This document shows positions 26,435-39,988 of a stretch of 64,000 nucleotides of DNA, in pieces (the first letter of the stretch is position 1; each line of letters begins with the position of its first letter). Made by a program: the position numbers and the translations under genes. Location: assembly GCF_009914755.1 (NCBI RefSeq), contig NC_060928.1. One strand, 5' to 3'. The notes beneath the pieces were generated by a model. It was given only the letters and a program-made list of their open reading frames with translations, had not been told where the DNA came from and searched no databases. This stretch comes from the human T2T-CHM13v2.0 reference genome, Homo sapiens.

Positions 26435-26615
26435 GAAGCCCAGCTCTTCCACTCATTAGCTGTGGGGCCCAAGACAAGTTACTTAACCTGTTGAAAACTC
26501 ATTTTTCTTATCCATGAAATGGATATTGGTTTCCACTTTGTGTGTGTTTTGAGGGTTGTAAAGAATATAAAGGGGGATTTGCTATCAAGTGAATACTCAT
26601 TAAGGGTTAGTTGTT
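26435..26615 (+). mobile_element. MIR SINE
   Basis: cccagctcttccactcattagctgtg...caagttacttaacc...tcatttttcttatccatgaaatgg. Confidence 0.75.
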
Positions 26616-26930
26616 ATCAATTTATCATCTTTGCTTTTCAACCATTATTCCCTTTGTCTTTTTTGTTTTTTCTTATTTCTATTAGCTCAGCCTTTAACCT
26701 AGACTGGCTTTATTATTGTATCTTACTCATACTTAGTTTACAAAAGCCCCATTTTACTCTTTTAATACTAGTCAATGGGAATCAACTTGAGTCATCTACC
26801 TACTAAAATCCTTTGTTATGTATGGAGTACAGCACATCTTCAATAATTTTTTATCATAAATTAAAAAAGTATAAACTCCAGATTTATTGGTTAATGCAAA
26901 CAATTTTAGATACAGGTTTTTGGAGGAATC

Positions 26931-27435
26931 TACAGGGAAGACAAAATTTCATGCCTACCTTCTTAGGGTTTTCAACTGTGCCTGAGAAGTAAATTGACAT
27001 AAACTGATTAACAGAAGTAAAGCATATAAAATTACTTAATGTAAGTTTTACATGACATGAGAATCTTCAGAAGGAAATGAAGACTCAAAGAAGTCCCAAA
27101 CCTAAATGCTTTTATACTAGTTTCAACAAAGAGAGGCAATTGTGAAATAGTGACTAACCTATGTAGAGAGGCTAAAGAAAGATAAGAATTATTTTCACAA
27201 TCTGTTAGTATAGAATTCTCTCAGTTTCAACTTCACTTTCTTGATGATAAAAATATTACACTCCTTCTGGTATGCAGAAGACATCTTTTATATGGGGTAT
27301 TTATCACCTGCTTTCAGGAAGAAAAAGAGGAGGGTCAAGAGCTCTCTTCTTGAAACTCGTGATTTTTTAAAGTGCTCAAAATAATCCTTATGCCAAAATG
27401 GCATATTTTGTGGTAGTGTATTCTACCACCTTTCA
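26931..27435 (-). mobile_element. MER34-like ERV1 (MER4-group) solo LTR
   Basis: ctcaaaataatccttatgccaaaatggcatattttgtggtagtgtattct...ttca is the reverse complement of the MER34-type LTR start. Confidence 0.65.
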
Positions 27436-27448
27436 GATCTAATCAAAC

Positions 27449-27481
27449 TATCTATCTATCAATCTATCTATTATCTATCTA

Positions 27482-27533
<52 letters not shown>

Positions 27534-27537
27534 CCTA
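27449..27537. repeat. Compound (TCTA)n(TCTG)n(TCTA)n tetranucleotide STR
   Basis: Direct reading. Confidence 0.95.
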
Positions 27538-27716
27538 TTTATTATACTTTAAGTTCTGGGGTACATGTGCAGAACGTGCAGGTTTGTTACATAGGTATAC
27601 ACGTGCCATGGTGGTTTGCTGCACCCATCAACCCATCATCTACATAAGGTATTTCCCCTAATGCTATCCCTCCCCTAGTCCCCCACTCCCTGACAGGCCC
27701 CATTGTGTGATGTTCC
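27538..27716 (-). mobile_element. L1PA (L1PA7/8-like) 3' end, about 180 bp, severely 5'-truncated
   Basis: ttattatactttaagttctggggtacatgtgcagaacgtgcaggtttgttacatagg...; TSD aaactatctat/aaaccatctat. Confidence 0.92.
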
Positions 27717-27945
27717 AAACCATCTATATTTTTATTCACTCTTTCAGAAATTTTACTGAATGGGTCTTGAAAATCAAATGTGTTTTCATGAGAGAATATT
27801 TTTCACATTGTCTTTGTGTAATTGTGTCTTTTGTATGATCTTATTGAGATAACTTTCAAATAACTGTGTACTTTCTGATAAGAAGCAAAATTGACCATAC
27901 AAACTAACTGAAACCTAAGTAAATTATGACATATGTCAGAATCTC

Positions 27946-28256
27946 GGCCAGACGCGGTGGCTTACACCTGTAATCCCAGCACTTTGGGAGGCTGGGGTGG
28001 GTGGATCACGAGGTCAGGAGTTCAAGACCAGCCTGGACAGTATGGAGAAACCCCATCTCTACTAAAAAACAAACAAAAAAAAACCAATAAAATTATCCGG
28101 ACGTGGTGGTGGGCTCCTGTAATTCCAGCTACTCGGGAGGCTGAGGCAGAGAATTGCTTGAACCTGGAGACGGAGGTTGCAATGAGCCGAGATGGTGCCA
28201 CTGCACTCCATCCTGGGTGACATAGCGAGACTCTGTCTCAAAAAAAAAAAAAAAAA
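27946..28256 (+). mobile_element. Alu (AluS-like) with an expanded middle A-rich linker
   Basis: Full dimer with A tail. Confidence 0.97.
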
Positions 28257-30542
28257 TTCAGGCTCTTGAAGTATCTTCTCTCTGATTCATGGCTAAAGTT
28301 TCCCTGTATATCAGAAATGGAGAAGGATGTGATTTGGAGAAGCCTAATACTCTCTGGACAGTCTCTGGGAACAAACATCATTTATTTTGTGACACTATTT
28401 TTAGAAGACATCCTTTCTCTCCTCATGGTCTAGTTCAAAGAACATCTCCTCTCTGAAACTATTCTGGATGGTGCAGAATTATTTGTTTCTTCATCTAAAT
28501 CCTTACAGTATCGTCTCTCTCTATTAAAAAAATACTTACCACATTGCATCTTAGTGATTGCTTCAATCCATGTATTTACCTTACTAGATTGTTTCCAACA
28601 GGTAAGAAATTATATATTTTTCTCCTTTCCTATGAGGGCACCCAGCCTAGAAACCCTCTGTGAATATTTATTTAATTGACCTGTTACTGTCATTAAGTTA
28701 GATGCCAGGTTACTCTTAAAAATTAATATGAAACCTACAGTCAGAGGGAAATTTTTTATGTGCCCATTGTGGAAAATTTTGCCAAGAGTAAGAATTCATC
28801 CGGGACTACATAGATTGGCATGAGTTAGGGATTTAAGAAATATTCATCTAGGATGAAATTGTAAGCATATTGTATTTATATATCTTCATTCTCCCTAATC
28901 TTTGCCTCCTTAAATAGTCTAATATATTATGCATGTAATCAGAGGTATTTAGTTCAAATTCCTAAGTTAAATTGAGTTGTTTTCATTTTTTCTTGTGGCT
29001 GCAGAATGTGTATTTATTAATAACACAAGAGAAGAGTTCCCAAAATGTACTCTGGTCACTTACCTGAGCTGCTTGCTCAGGTAAAACCATAGGTTGCTGC
29101 AAGTTTTTGGAGACCCTTGGGTTGCAAATAAACCAAACTTATCTGATTTTAAAAACTTTAAAAAATCTTCTATGGGATTATTCCTAAGAGTGAACAAGGC
29201 CTCCTTAATAACAGAGGCAATTAGATTCAATCAGAGGGGTCTTTTACTACATGGAATCAAGATAATATCAAATTAAACCATTTCATATCCTCTCTTGATG
29301 CCTCTAAAAATTTAGTTCCCCAAATCTTATTTTCTCAAGGAACTAATGACATTCTGCAAAGTGAAATGTCTGATTTTTCTATTGGAAAAAAAAGATAAAA
29401 TATACAATTAGCCTAACCTAAATAATTGATGATGACAATTTTTTTTCTTTTTAGATTTTGCAAGGATATATCAACTTACCAGGCACTAACTAGATTTCTA
29501 TAAGATCCTGTGACTAGGTCTTACTGCTCTGTAGATAGACAGCAGAATATTTATGAAGAGAAATATCACTTTTATGCTCCATGTTAGAAAAGCATCCATT
29601 TGTGTCTGCTCCTCTCCCTTTATTCCCCCATGTATATGTATATATGGATATGCATGTCTCATATAAAATACTAAAACATCCTACCTCTATCGGTTCAGCT
29701 AATTTTGTAAGATATAGCAGCAGCCACAAATATCATAAGGAGATACTTTTAGATTCAGATGCTGAATCAAGCCAGATATTTCATGTTCTGCGTGCAGTAT
29801 GTCCACGTGGAACTGAAAAGCATAGTTTTGGTGTTTCCTGGAGTCCCTTAAAATGAAATAAATTTAAAGTAGGCTTCAAGATCAGTAGAGACATCTTTTT
29901 ATTTATTTCTGTGTATATGTGAACTCCCAGTTTGCATAAAGAAGTATCATGCATGTCCTGTAATGGCTCTCTTATATTAAGGAATTTAAGGACTGATTGT
30001 ATATTGCAGAGAGAGAGCCAATACTAAGAGGACATAGCAAAGCTTGTCCACTTTATTTTGGAGTAACCTGGGTGATAGGAATAAAGATCTGAAGCTATGT
30101 TAAATAGCTAGAGGAAGGAATAAGGAAACCATTATTCATGGGAAAAAAATAATACTTTTGTAGTATAGAAAAGTTGATAATTCATTTGCTTGTTATTTCC
30201 CATGACTATTTGAAGCTTTCTATTTCTATTTAGTGTATTTTCTTATTCATTAACTATATAGAGTGTTTTACTGTGTCCTAGATATCATGCTAGATGCAGA
30301 CAATACAAAAGTGTAATTCCTGCTCTTGTAGAGTTTGCAGTCATTAAAATGTGTGTGTCTACGTTTGCGTGTGTGTGTGTGTTTATGTACTTGTAGTAGT
30401 GATTAGAGATTTGAGAAGAAAAATAAAAATACGAGATGCTTTCAAATAGCTAAAACAACAACAGCAAAAATAAAAACATCTAGTCTGGTCCAAGGAGAAA
30501 GAGCTCCTTGAGGAAGTGACAGTTAGTGTGAGATTAGAGGAC

Positions 30543-30890
30543 TGCTACGGTTTGAAGTTGTCTCCAAAAAAAGCATATGTTGGAAACTTAATCCCCAATG
30601 CACCCGTTTTGGGAGATGGGGCCTAATGGGAGGTGTTCAGGTCATGAGGGCTTCACCCTTTTGAATGGATTAATGTCAGCTATGAAAGTACTTGAAGCTG
30701 TGAATTTGATCTCTTGCTCTCTTATGCTTCTACCAGGGGATGGATGAGGCAACAAGAAGGCCCTTGCCAGATGCTGGCATCTTGATATTGGATTTCCTAT
30801 ACTCTGGAACCATGAGAAATAAATTTCTTTTCTTTCTAAATTATCCAGTCTGTGGTATTCTGTTATAGTAATACAAAATGGTCTAAGACA
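30543..30890 (+). mobile_element. MST/MLT1A-like MaLR solo LTR, inserted into an L2 remnant
   Basis: tgctacggtttgaa...ggaaacttaatccccaatgc...ctaagaca; TSD aggac/aagac. Confidence 0.85.
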
Positions 30891-31453
30891 AAGACTGAAT
30901 GAGAATTGATCAGGTAACAGTGGGAGGGAGAAAAGCAGTGTAGGGGTAGAGATAATATACTAGACTGGAATCTTGAAGCAAGAAGGAAATTGGCCTATTT
31001 AAAAATCAAGTTGAGGGCATTCTATCTGGACAATAGTAGCAGCAGGTGGCAAATTTGAGACAAGCTGAGAGCGTTAACTATTCATGTACTGCGATGCCAT
31101 CTTAATATGAAAAAGAGACAAAAGAAACAACACATGTACATGGTTTTAGTATGTACTCTGCTTTTTCTGGAGTCGACCTCACACACACAAATTACCATAA
31201 TAAATTACTGGGTATTTTATAAAACCTTTGCTGAAACTCCCCAGAATAATTGATCACTTCAAATCCAGTGTTGCCTTGATAATTTGTATATATTTTCCTG
31301 CATTTGTTCATTTGTTCAACCTATTTGTCTAAACACCAGTACATTCTGGAGACTATGCTAGATATTGCTATAAAGGGATAGAAAGGTACATACAACAGCC
31401 TTCTTGCTTTCAGGAAGGTTATCTCTCACTGTTTTGTAGTTTTTTAAATACAC

Positions 31454-31756
<303 letters not shown>

Positions 31757-31965
31757 TAAATAAATTTTTTTATTTTAGAATATTTCTAGGTTTACAGACA
31801 AATTGCGAAGATGGTACAGAGAGTTCCTTTGTATCCCATACCCATTTCCCCCATTATTACCATCTTTTATTAATTAGTATGATGTATTTGTCATTGTTAA
31901 TTAAATAATATAGATACACTGCGAAATCGGCTACATAGATACATTACTAAATTTATTTATTTAGA

Positions 31966-32792
31966 ACGTAGGGTCCTGATGTCTAAGGGCAGGAGAAGAA
32001 GTTCATCCAGTTCCAGAAGAGAGAAAGAGAGAGTGAATTCACCTTTTGTATTAGTCAGTTCTCTAGAGGGACAGAACTAATAGGACAGATGCATATGTGA
32101 AAAGAAGTTTATTAAGGAGAATTGACTCGAACTATCACAAGGTGAAGTCCTACAATAGGCCATCTGCAAGTTGAGCAAGGAAGCCAGTGTTGGTTCAGTT
32201 AAAGTTCCAAAACCTCGAAAGTAGGGAAGTAGACAGTGCAGCCTTCAGTCTGTTGCCGAAGGTCTGAGAGCCCCTGGCAAACAACTGGTGTAAGTCCAAG
32301 CATCCAAAAGCTGAAGAATTTGGAGTCTGATATTCCAGGGCAGGAAGCATCCAGCACAGGAGAAAGGTGAAGGCTGGAAGACTCAGCAAGTCTGCACTCC
32401 CATCTTCTCCTGCCTGCTTTAGTCTAGCCATGCTGGCAGCTGATTAGATGGTGCCCACCCAGACTGAGGGTGGGTCTGCCTCTCCCAGTCCACTGACTCA
32501 AATGTTAATCTCCTCTGCAACACAGACACACCCAGGAACAGTACTTTGCATCCTTTAATCCAATCAAGTTGACACTCAATATTAACCATCACACCTTTCC
32601 TCTGCCTTTTTGTTCTACCTGGGCCCCCAGTTGATTGGATGATGCCTGTCCGCACTGAGGGTAGATCTTCCTCACCTAGTCCACCAAATCACTTGCTAAT
32701 ATTCTCTGGAAACACACCCAAAAATAAGTCTTTGCCAGCTATCTAAGTATCCTTTAATCCAGCCATGTGGACACCTAAAATTAACCCTCACA
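31966..32792 (-). mobile_element. MLT2C/D-like ERVL LTR split by an MLT2B insertion
   Basis: gagagtgaattcaccttt | cctctgcctttttgttcta...gacacctaaaattaaccctcaca. Confidence 0.75.
32047..32593 (-). mobile_element. MLT2B-like ERVL solo LTR
   Basis: tgtattagtcagttctctagagggacagaac...aatattaaccatcaca; perfect 5-bp TSD CCTTT (32042-32046, 32594-32598). Confidence 0.9.
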
Positions 32793-33029
32793 ATTGCTAT
32801 TAATTAAAATCCATACTTTATTCAGATTTTCTAAATGTTTACCCTAATGTCCTTTTTCTATTCCAAATTACCAGGTTTCGTTTAGTCCTAGTGTCTTCTT
32901 AGGGTCTTTTGGCAGTGAAAATATGTTGGACATGCCTTGTTTTTAATTATCCAGAAATTGTGAGGTCCTCTGGTCAGGTCTTTTGTAGAATGCCCATCGA
33001 TTGTTATTTGCCTGATGTTTTTCTCATGA

Positions 33030-33536
<507 letters not shown>

Positions 33537-33937
33537 CGAGCACAGTTTACAATTAAGGAAAGAGTGATTGTGCCCTACCATTTTGAGTAGAGTATGTAAA
33601 TTATTTGGGATTCGTCTGCATGGGAGATTGTTCTTTTCTTTCTTGTTTATTTATTCAATTATTTATTCATATCAGTATGGGTTCATGGATGTTTATTTTA
33701 TACTTTGGGTTATAATTCAATATTATTTTAATTATTTCATTGCTCAAATTATTATAGCTTTGTCCATTGGTAGCTCTTTTACTGGGTCTTTGCTTCACTT
33801 TAACTTACTCCTACACTCTCATTTGAAATTCAATTTTTTTCTTCCATGATCACTTTGGCCAAGTCTCATTGCTCTTTACCTCCTTAATTATACCACTTCT
33901 GAGATAAAGACACCATTAAGACCAAGCAACTGATTCC

Positions 33938-34249
33938 TTTCTTCTTCTTTTTTTTTTTTTTTTTCTGAGACAGAGTTTCACTCTGTTACCCAGGCTGGAA
34001 GGCAGTGGCAGGATCTCAACTCACTGCAACCTCTACCTCCCAGGTTCAAGCGATTCTCATGCCTTAACCTCCTGAGTAGCTGGGACTACAGGCACCACCA
34101 CCTTGCCTGGCTAATTTTTTGTATTTTTAGTAGAGATGGAGTTTCACCATGTTGGCCAGGCTGGCCTCAAACTCCTGACCTCGTGTGATCCACCTGCCCT
34201 CAGCCTCCCAAAGTGCTGGGATTACAGGTATGAGCCACTGCAGCCAGCC
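33938..34249 (-). mobile_element. Alu (AluS-like)
   Basis: Full dimer with poly-T. Confidence 0.96.
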
Positions 34250-35337
34250 TGATTACTTTTTTCTAACAAGCAGCTAGAACACCTGAAGCCTCCAGGTGAG
34301 CCAGCACTCAATTCACTAGGCTTCTGACCTGATTAGAAACGATTTCCTTATAAATTTCTCCATTCTTTGTCCTTTTGAGAAACACTTATGAGTTCTTACA
34401 TTTCTAATCAACCTCTATATTAAAAACTCCATGTCTTTCCTCTGGATTTTTGAAGTATTCTACTTTTAACTGTGTGGCATTTCCCAGAGAGAATTTATAT
34501 TCCCCTCTAGATTTAGCTACTTAGGTTAGGAACCAAACATCATTTTAACATTGCCTTTTTCAAAATAGCATTCTTGAAAATATCATAACTCTTCTGTCAA
34601 TCTCTCTGATTATTAAAGGCTAAATGCTCATGGGGTATGTCAGGAATGAAGCTTTGTTTTTAGTTTTCTAATTGATAAAATACCTAATTACAAATATTTT
34701 TATTGTATATATTTTCTCTTATGAAATCTATTCAGCTTTTAATTTTGATGTGAATTTTTTTCTTAGCTCACCCGGGATTGGAATTTAATAAAATACGTTC
34801 TTTCAACTCTGCTTATGGAGCAAGAGATTGTTTTGATTTTTTATAGTAGACATTCCCTGAAGAGCCAAAAACGTTCAGGAAATGTATATAAACAGGCTCA
34901 TCATCTTTAGTCTTGTAAAAATCACCCAGCATATCTACCGCCCCAAGAAACTTCATGTTCTTGATATTTGCAACCTGGGGTTGGTTGGAGAATGTGCTTT
35001 GTTCCCCGGGGCTGTTTTGGACTGGAATGTGCCTCTTAATCCCAGAAATATTTGGATATCAATGAGAGCCGATGTATGAGCAGTCACAGGTTTTTAAACC
35101 ATTTGCTTAAGTGTCTTCTCTGCTTTGGACACATCCATTCACTTGATGAGAGCTGTCAGTCCGAAGGTAGCTGTTTGCATAAATGAGAACATTTTTGTTG
35201 CAAATAGTAAACACCAGCATGTGCTAGATTAAGCTACAAAAGAATTTGTCCCAAGGACACAGATGTGTTTTTTTGGAAATCAAGGGAAGGCAGGTATTGC
35301 AACAGGAAATTGGGAGCCTTACAGAATTTGGAAATCT

Positions 35338-35340
35338 CTT

Positions 35341-35382
<42 letters not shown>
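35338..35382. repeat. (CT)n microsatellite
   Basis: Direct reading. Confidence 0.95.
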
Positions 35383-35386
<4 letters not shown>

Positions 35387-36286
35387 CTTTCCCCTTCCCC
35401 ATTTGTGCCTCATCCCCGCCCTTCTCTTTTCTTTGTGTCTTCCTGGGCATCTGCTTCCTTGTCTCCCTGCAAACCAGCTTTCCCTGCTCTCCAGTTCATA
35501 CGGAGCCACGGGGCTCATCATGTGCTTTTTACATGCCTCCAGCTCAAGAAACTAACCCCAGCTGAGACTGGAACCTCTTATTTTTAATTCTAAATTCCAA
35601 AGAAAGGAACTTTAAGTAGTTCAGCCTGAACCATCTGCCAGGGCCTTAGGTACCCATTTGATTACTGGGGACAAGTTCAAGAGGTCAGAGCTTGATCAGA
35701 ACAGAGGAGCCATTCTAGGTATTTGGAGTTGCAAGTAAAGACTCTTATGCCATTAGAAGATGAATAAGTGAAGGTTAGAAAGGGCCTCTTTCATAACAGA
35801 TGTAATAAAAGCAACTGAAGGTAGACGTCCTGTCATCAATATCTTCCTTTTCTCCCACGCAGCTAAGTAGAGCCCATTGATTAATACGCTGGCAATGATT
35901 CCGAACCTTGAGTAATTATGATACTTTCTTTATTGTTACATATAAGTGATGCTGCCACAATTGCTTAAGAAGTCAGATCTGGAACTTTTAGAAGGTACAG
36001 GTCTGCTTACCATTGAAAGAATCACTGTTTACTAATACGTCATTGATTTCGGTTCTGGATTCAGTTTAAAAAAATATTACACACGCAGATATATGTGTGG
36101 AAAGAAAGAATGGGAGAAAAAGTGAATAAAAACACCATGGAAAAATTAATTTGGTAATACGAAGCATGGGCTACATTTCCTGATTTCATTTTGTGATTTG
36201 ATGTTAGTCAGTAAACCTGTGATTATATGCTACCCACAGTGAAGGTGAATTCCATATATCCAATGAAGTTTTTCAGGTAAAAATTT

Positions 36287-36287
<1 letters not shown>

Positions 36288-36326
<39 letters not shown>
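36288..36326. repeat. (TA)n(TG)n microsatellite
   Basis: Direct reading. Confidence 0.95.
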
Positions 36327-36463
36327 CCTTTATTATGCTACAGTGAATTACTTGTAGATCACTTTCAAACATTGTGTAATATATATATTTATAAATTCAA
36401 ATTAGTGTACTGAATTCATATTTATTTTAAACAAAAATAGCAATTGTAATACTTTAAAAATAC

Positions 36464-36588
36464 ACATACAAACAGCGAGCCACACACACCCCTACACACA
36501 CACCCATCCACCCACACACACACATCCCCAACACCCACACATCCACCCCCACACACACACACACCCACCCCCTCCACCCACCCACACA
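36464..36588. repeat. Degenerate CA/CCCA low-complexity tract
   Basis: Direct reading. Confidence 0.85.
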
Positions 36589-36592
36589 CGGA

Positions 36593-36814
36593 TCCGATAT
36601 TGATATGAATGGGACTAGCGTATTTCTGATTTTGGATTTTCTTGGATTGTGGGATATTTGCATTATGTATTTACTAATTAAGCACCCCAAATCCAAAACC
36701 TGAAATCTGAAATACTCCAATGAGCATTTCCCCTGAGTGTCCTGTTAGTGCTCAAACAGTTTCAGATTTTAGAACATTTCAGATTTCGTATTTTGGGATT
36801 TGGAATGCTAAACC
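36593..36814. mobile_element. Tigger4a/MER46A-like MITE
   Basis: aaatctgaaatactccaatgagcatttcccctgagtgtc...gtttcagattttagaacatttcagatttc...gaatgctaaacct. Confidence 0.8.
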
Positions 36815-37512
36815 TCTCTCTCTCTTTTTGTGTGTATACGTGTGTACAGTTTCACTTAATTCTTACTGTTTTACCTTTATTTTTCAGATGAGTAAGCAAA
36901 ACTTTATAATGTTATATAATTACTGAGTCACTCCAGTAAAGAGCTGTAGACCAAGGGTTTTAATTCAGGTTTTCTAATACATGCGACAAATTCTAGCTTA
37001 AACCTTATTTTTCTTCTTTTAGCACCGCACATAGAACACCTAGTTAACACACAGAGAGATGAACATTTTGCTTCATATCAAAGGAATAAATTCTCATGTA
37101 ATTATCAAATAAGACATCACTCTTCAATTAATTATAGTGAAGTTGCATTGTAGTTGCATTATAGTTGCCTTTTACTTATAATAATTAAATTACGAAATAA
37201 CGCTCCTCTCACACACATGCATATACAGGAGGGGCAGAAAATACCTTTTAAATGGTGCAGCTTACTTTATTCAATATTTCACTCAAAAAAAAAAAGTTCC
37301 AGAATTAGCATGAAACTAGCATATAAAGTTACTTTTCCATTACTTGGCTTTAGTTCCTACGTATGTCCCACAGTGTGAACTGATCACTATATTCAGTGGT
37401 TTCTAGTACAGTCATACATCACATAACTACATTTTGTATATGACAGTAGTCCCATAAGATTATATCGGAGCTGAAAAATTTCTGTCACCTGGTGATGTCA
37501 CAGCTGTTCTAA

Positions 37513-37878
<366 letters not shown>

Positions 37879-38393
37879 AATCCTGCCAGTCTTTTAAAAA
37901 TATCGTGCATACAGTTATAGGTAGTACATACACTTAATAATGGTAATGAACAACTATCTAACATTATTGGTTTATGTATTTACTATACTATACTTTTTTA
38001 GAGTGTACTCCTTTTACTTATAAAAAAAAAAAGTTAACTGTAAAACAGCCTCAGGCAGGTCCTTCAGAAAGTATTTCAGAAGTAAGCATTGTTATCTTAG
38101 GAGATGACAGCTCCATGAGTGTTACTGCCCATGAAGACCTCTCAGTGGGACAAGATGTGGAGGTGGAAGACAGTGATACTTATGATCCTGACCCTGTGTG
38201 GGCCTAGGTTTTAGCAAAAACCTAGGTGTTTTTGTTTGTGTTTGTGTCCTAGCTTTTAGCAAAAAAGTTTACTAAGTAAAAAATAAATTTAAAAATTTAA
38301 ATATAGAAAAAGCTTATAGAATAAGGATATGAAGAAGGAAAATAGTTTTTGTACAAATGTACAATGTGTTTGTGTTTTAAGCTAAGTGTTATT

Positions 38394-39886
38394 TTTTGTT
38401 TGTTTCTGTTCCCAGAGCTGGCTTTCACTTTCTTTTTCTTTTCTTTTCTACTTCCAACTTTTATTTTAAGTTCAGGAACACATGTGCAGGATGTGCAGGT
38501 TTGTACATAGGTAAATGTTTGCCATGATGGTTTGCTGCACAGATCACCTCATCAGCCAGGTATTAAGCCCAGCATCCACTAGCTATTCTTTCTAATCCTC
38601 CCCCTCCTCTCACTCTCCACTCTGTGAAAGGCCCCACTGTGTGTTGCTCCCCCACCATATGTGCATATGTTCTCACCATTTTGCTCCCACTTATAAGTGA
38701 GAACATGTGGTATTTGGTTTTCTGTTCCTGTGTTAGTTTGATATGGAAAATGGCCTCCAGCTCCATCCATGTCCCTGCAAAGGGCATGCTCTTGTTCCTT
38801 TCTATGGCTGCATAGTATTCTATTGTGTGTATGTACTATATTTTCTTTATCCAGTCAATCATTGGTGGGCATTTGGGTTGAGTCCATGTCTTTGCTACTG
38901 TGGATAGTCCTGAAATGAATATACACATGCCTGTGTCTTTATAATAAAAAGATTTCCATTTCTTTGGATATATACCCAGCAATGGGATTGCTGGGTCAAA
39001 TGGTGTTTCTGCCTCTAGATCTTTGAGGAATTGCCACACTGTTTTCCACAATGGTTGAACTAATTTACACTTTATGAACAGTGTAAGAGCATATTTTTTT
39101 CTTTACAACTTCACCAGAATCTGTTGTTTTCTGATTTTTTTAATAACACCCATTCTAACTGGGGTGAGATGATATTTCATTGTGGTTTTGATTTGCATTT
39201 CTCAAATGCTCAGTGATGTTTATTGGCCACATGTATGTCTTCTTTTGAGAAGTGTCTGTTCATGTCCTTTGCCCAGTTTTAATGGGGTTGTTTTGCTTTT
39301 GTAAATCTTATTAAGCTCCTTATAGATGCTGGATATTAGACCTTTGTCAGATGCATAGATGGCAAAAATGTTCTCTTATTCTGTAGGTGGTCTGTTTACT
39401 CTGTTAGTAGTTTCTTTTGCTGTGCAGAAGCTCTTTAGTTTAATTAGATCCCATCTGTCAATTTTTGCTTTTGTTGCGATGGCTTTTGGCATCTTCATCA
39501 TGAAATCTTTGCCTATGCCTATGTCCTGAATGGTATTGCCTAGATTTTCTTCTAGGGTTTTCATAGTTTTGGGTTTTACATTTAAGTCCTTGATCCATCT
39601 TGAGTTTTGTATATGGTGTATGGAAGGGGTCCAGTTTGAATTTTCTGCATATGGCTGGCCAGTTCTCCCAGCACCATTTGCTAAATAGAGAATTTGTTCC
39701 CTATTGCTGGTTTTTGTCAGGTTTGTCAAAGATCAGTTGGTTGTAGGTGTGTGGTCTTATTTCTGAGATCTCCATTCTGTTCCATTGGTCTATGTGTCTG
39801 TTCTTGTACCAGTACCATGCCGTTTTGGTTACTGTAGCCCTGCAGTATAAAGTCAAGTAGCATGATGTCTCTAGCTTTGTTCTTTT
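38394..39886 (-). mobile_element. 5'-truncated L1 (L1PA10-13-like) with the ORF2 C-terminal remnant and 3'UTR
   Basis: ORF2 peptides [12 protein letters not shown]...[15 protein letters not shown] and WQFLKDLEAETPFDPAIPLLGIYPK; TSD-like ttttaagct(aa)gtgttatt on both sides. Confidence 0.95.
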
Positions 39887-39988
39887 TTAAGCTGTGTTAT
39901 TACAACAGATTCAAAAAGTTTTAAAGTAAAAAGTTTAGGAAGTAAAAAAGTTACAATAAGCAGATTATTATCGAATAAAGAAAAAACA

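Noticed and set aside
35234-35587. Four overlapping ORFs of about 100 aa
   Set aside because: Driven by a (CT)n tract and pyrimidine-rich low-complexity sequence
38563-39729. ORFs resembling a reverse-transcriptase-element protein
   Set aside because: Frameshifted fragments of L1 ORF2 and 3'UTR in a truncated, dead copy
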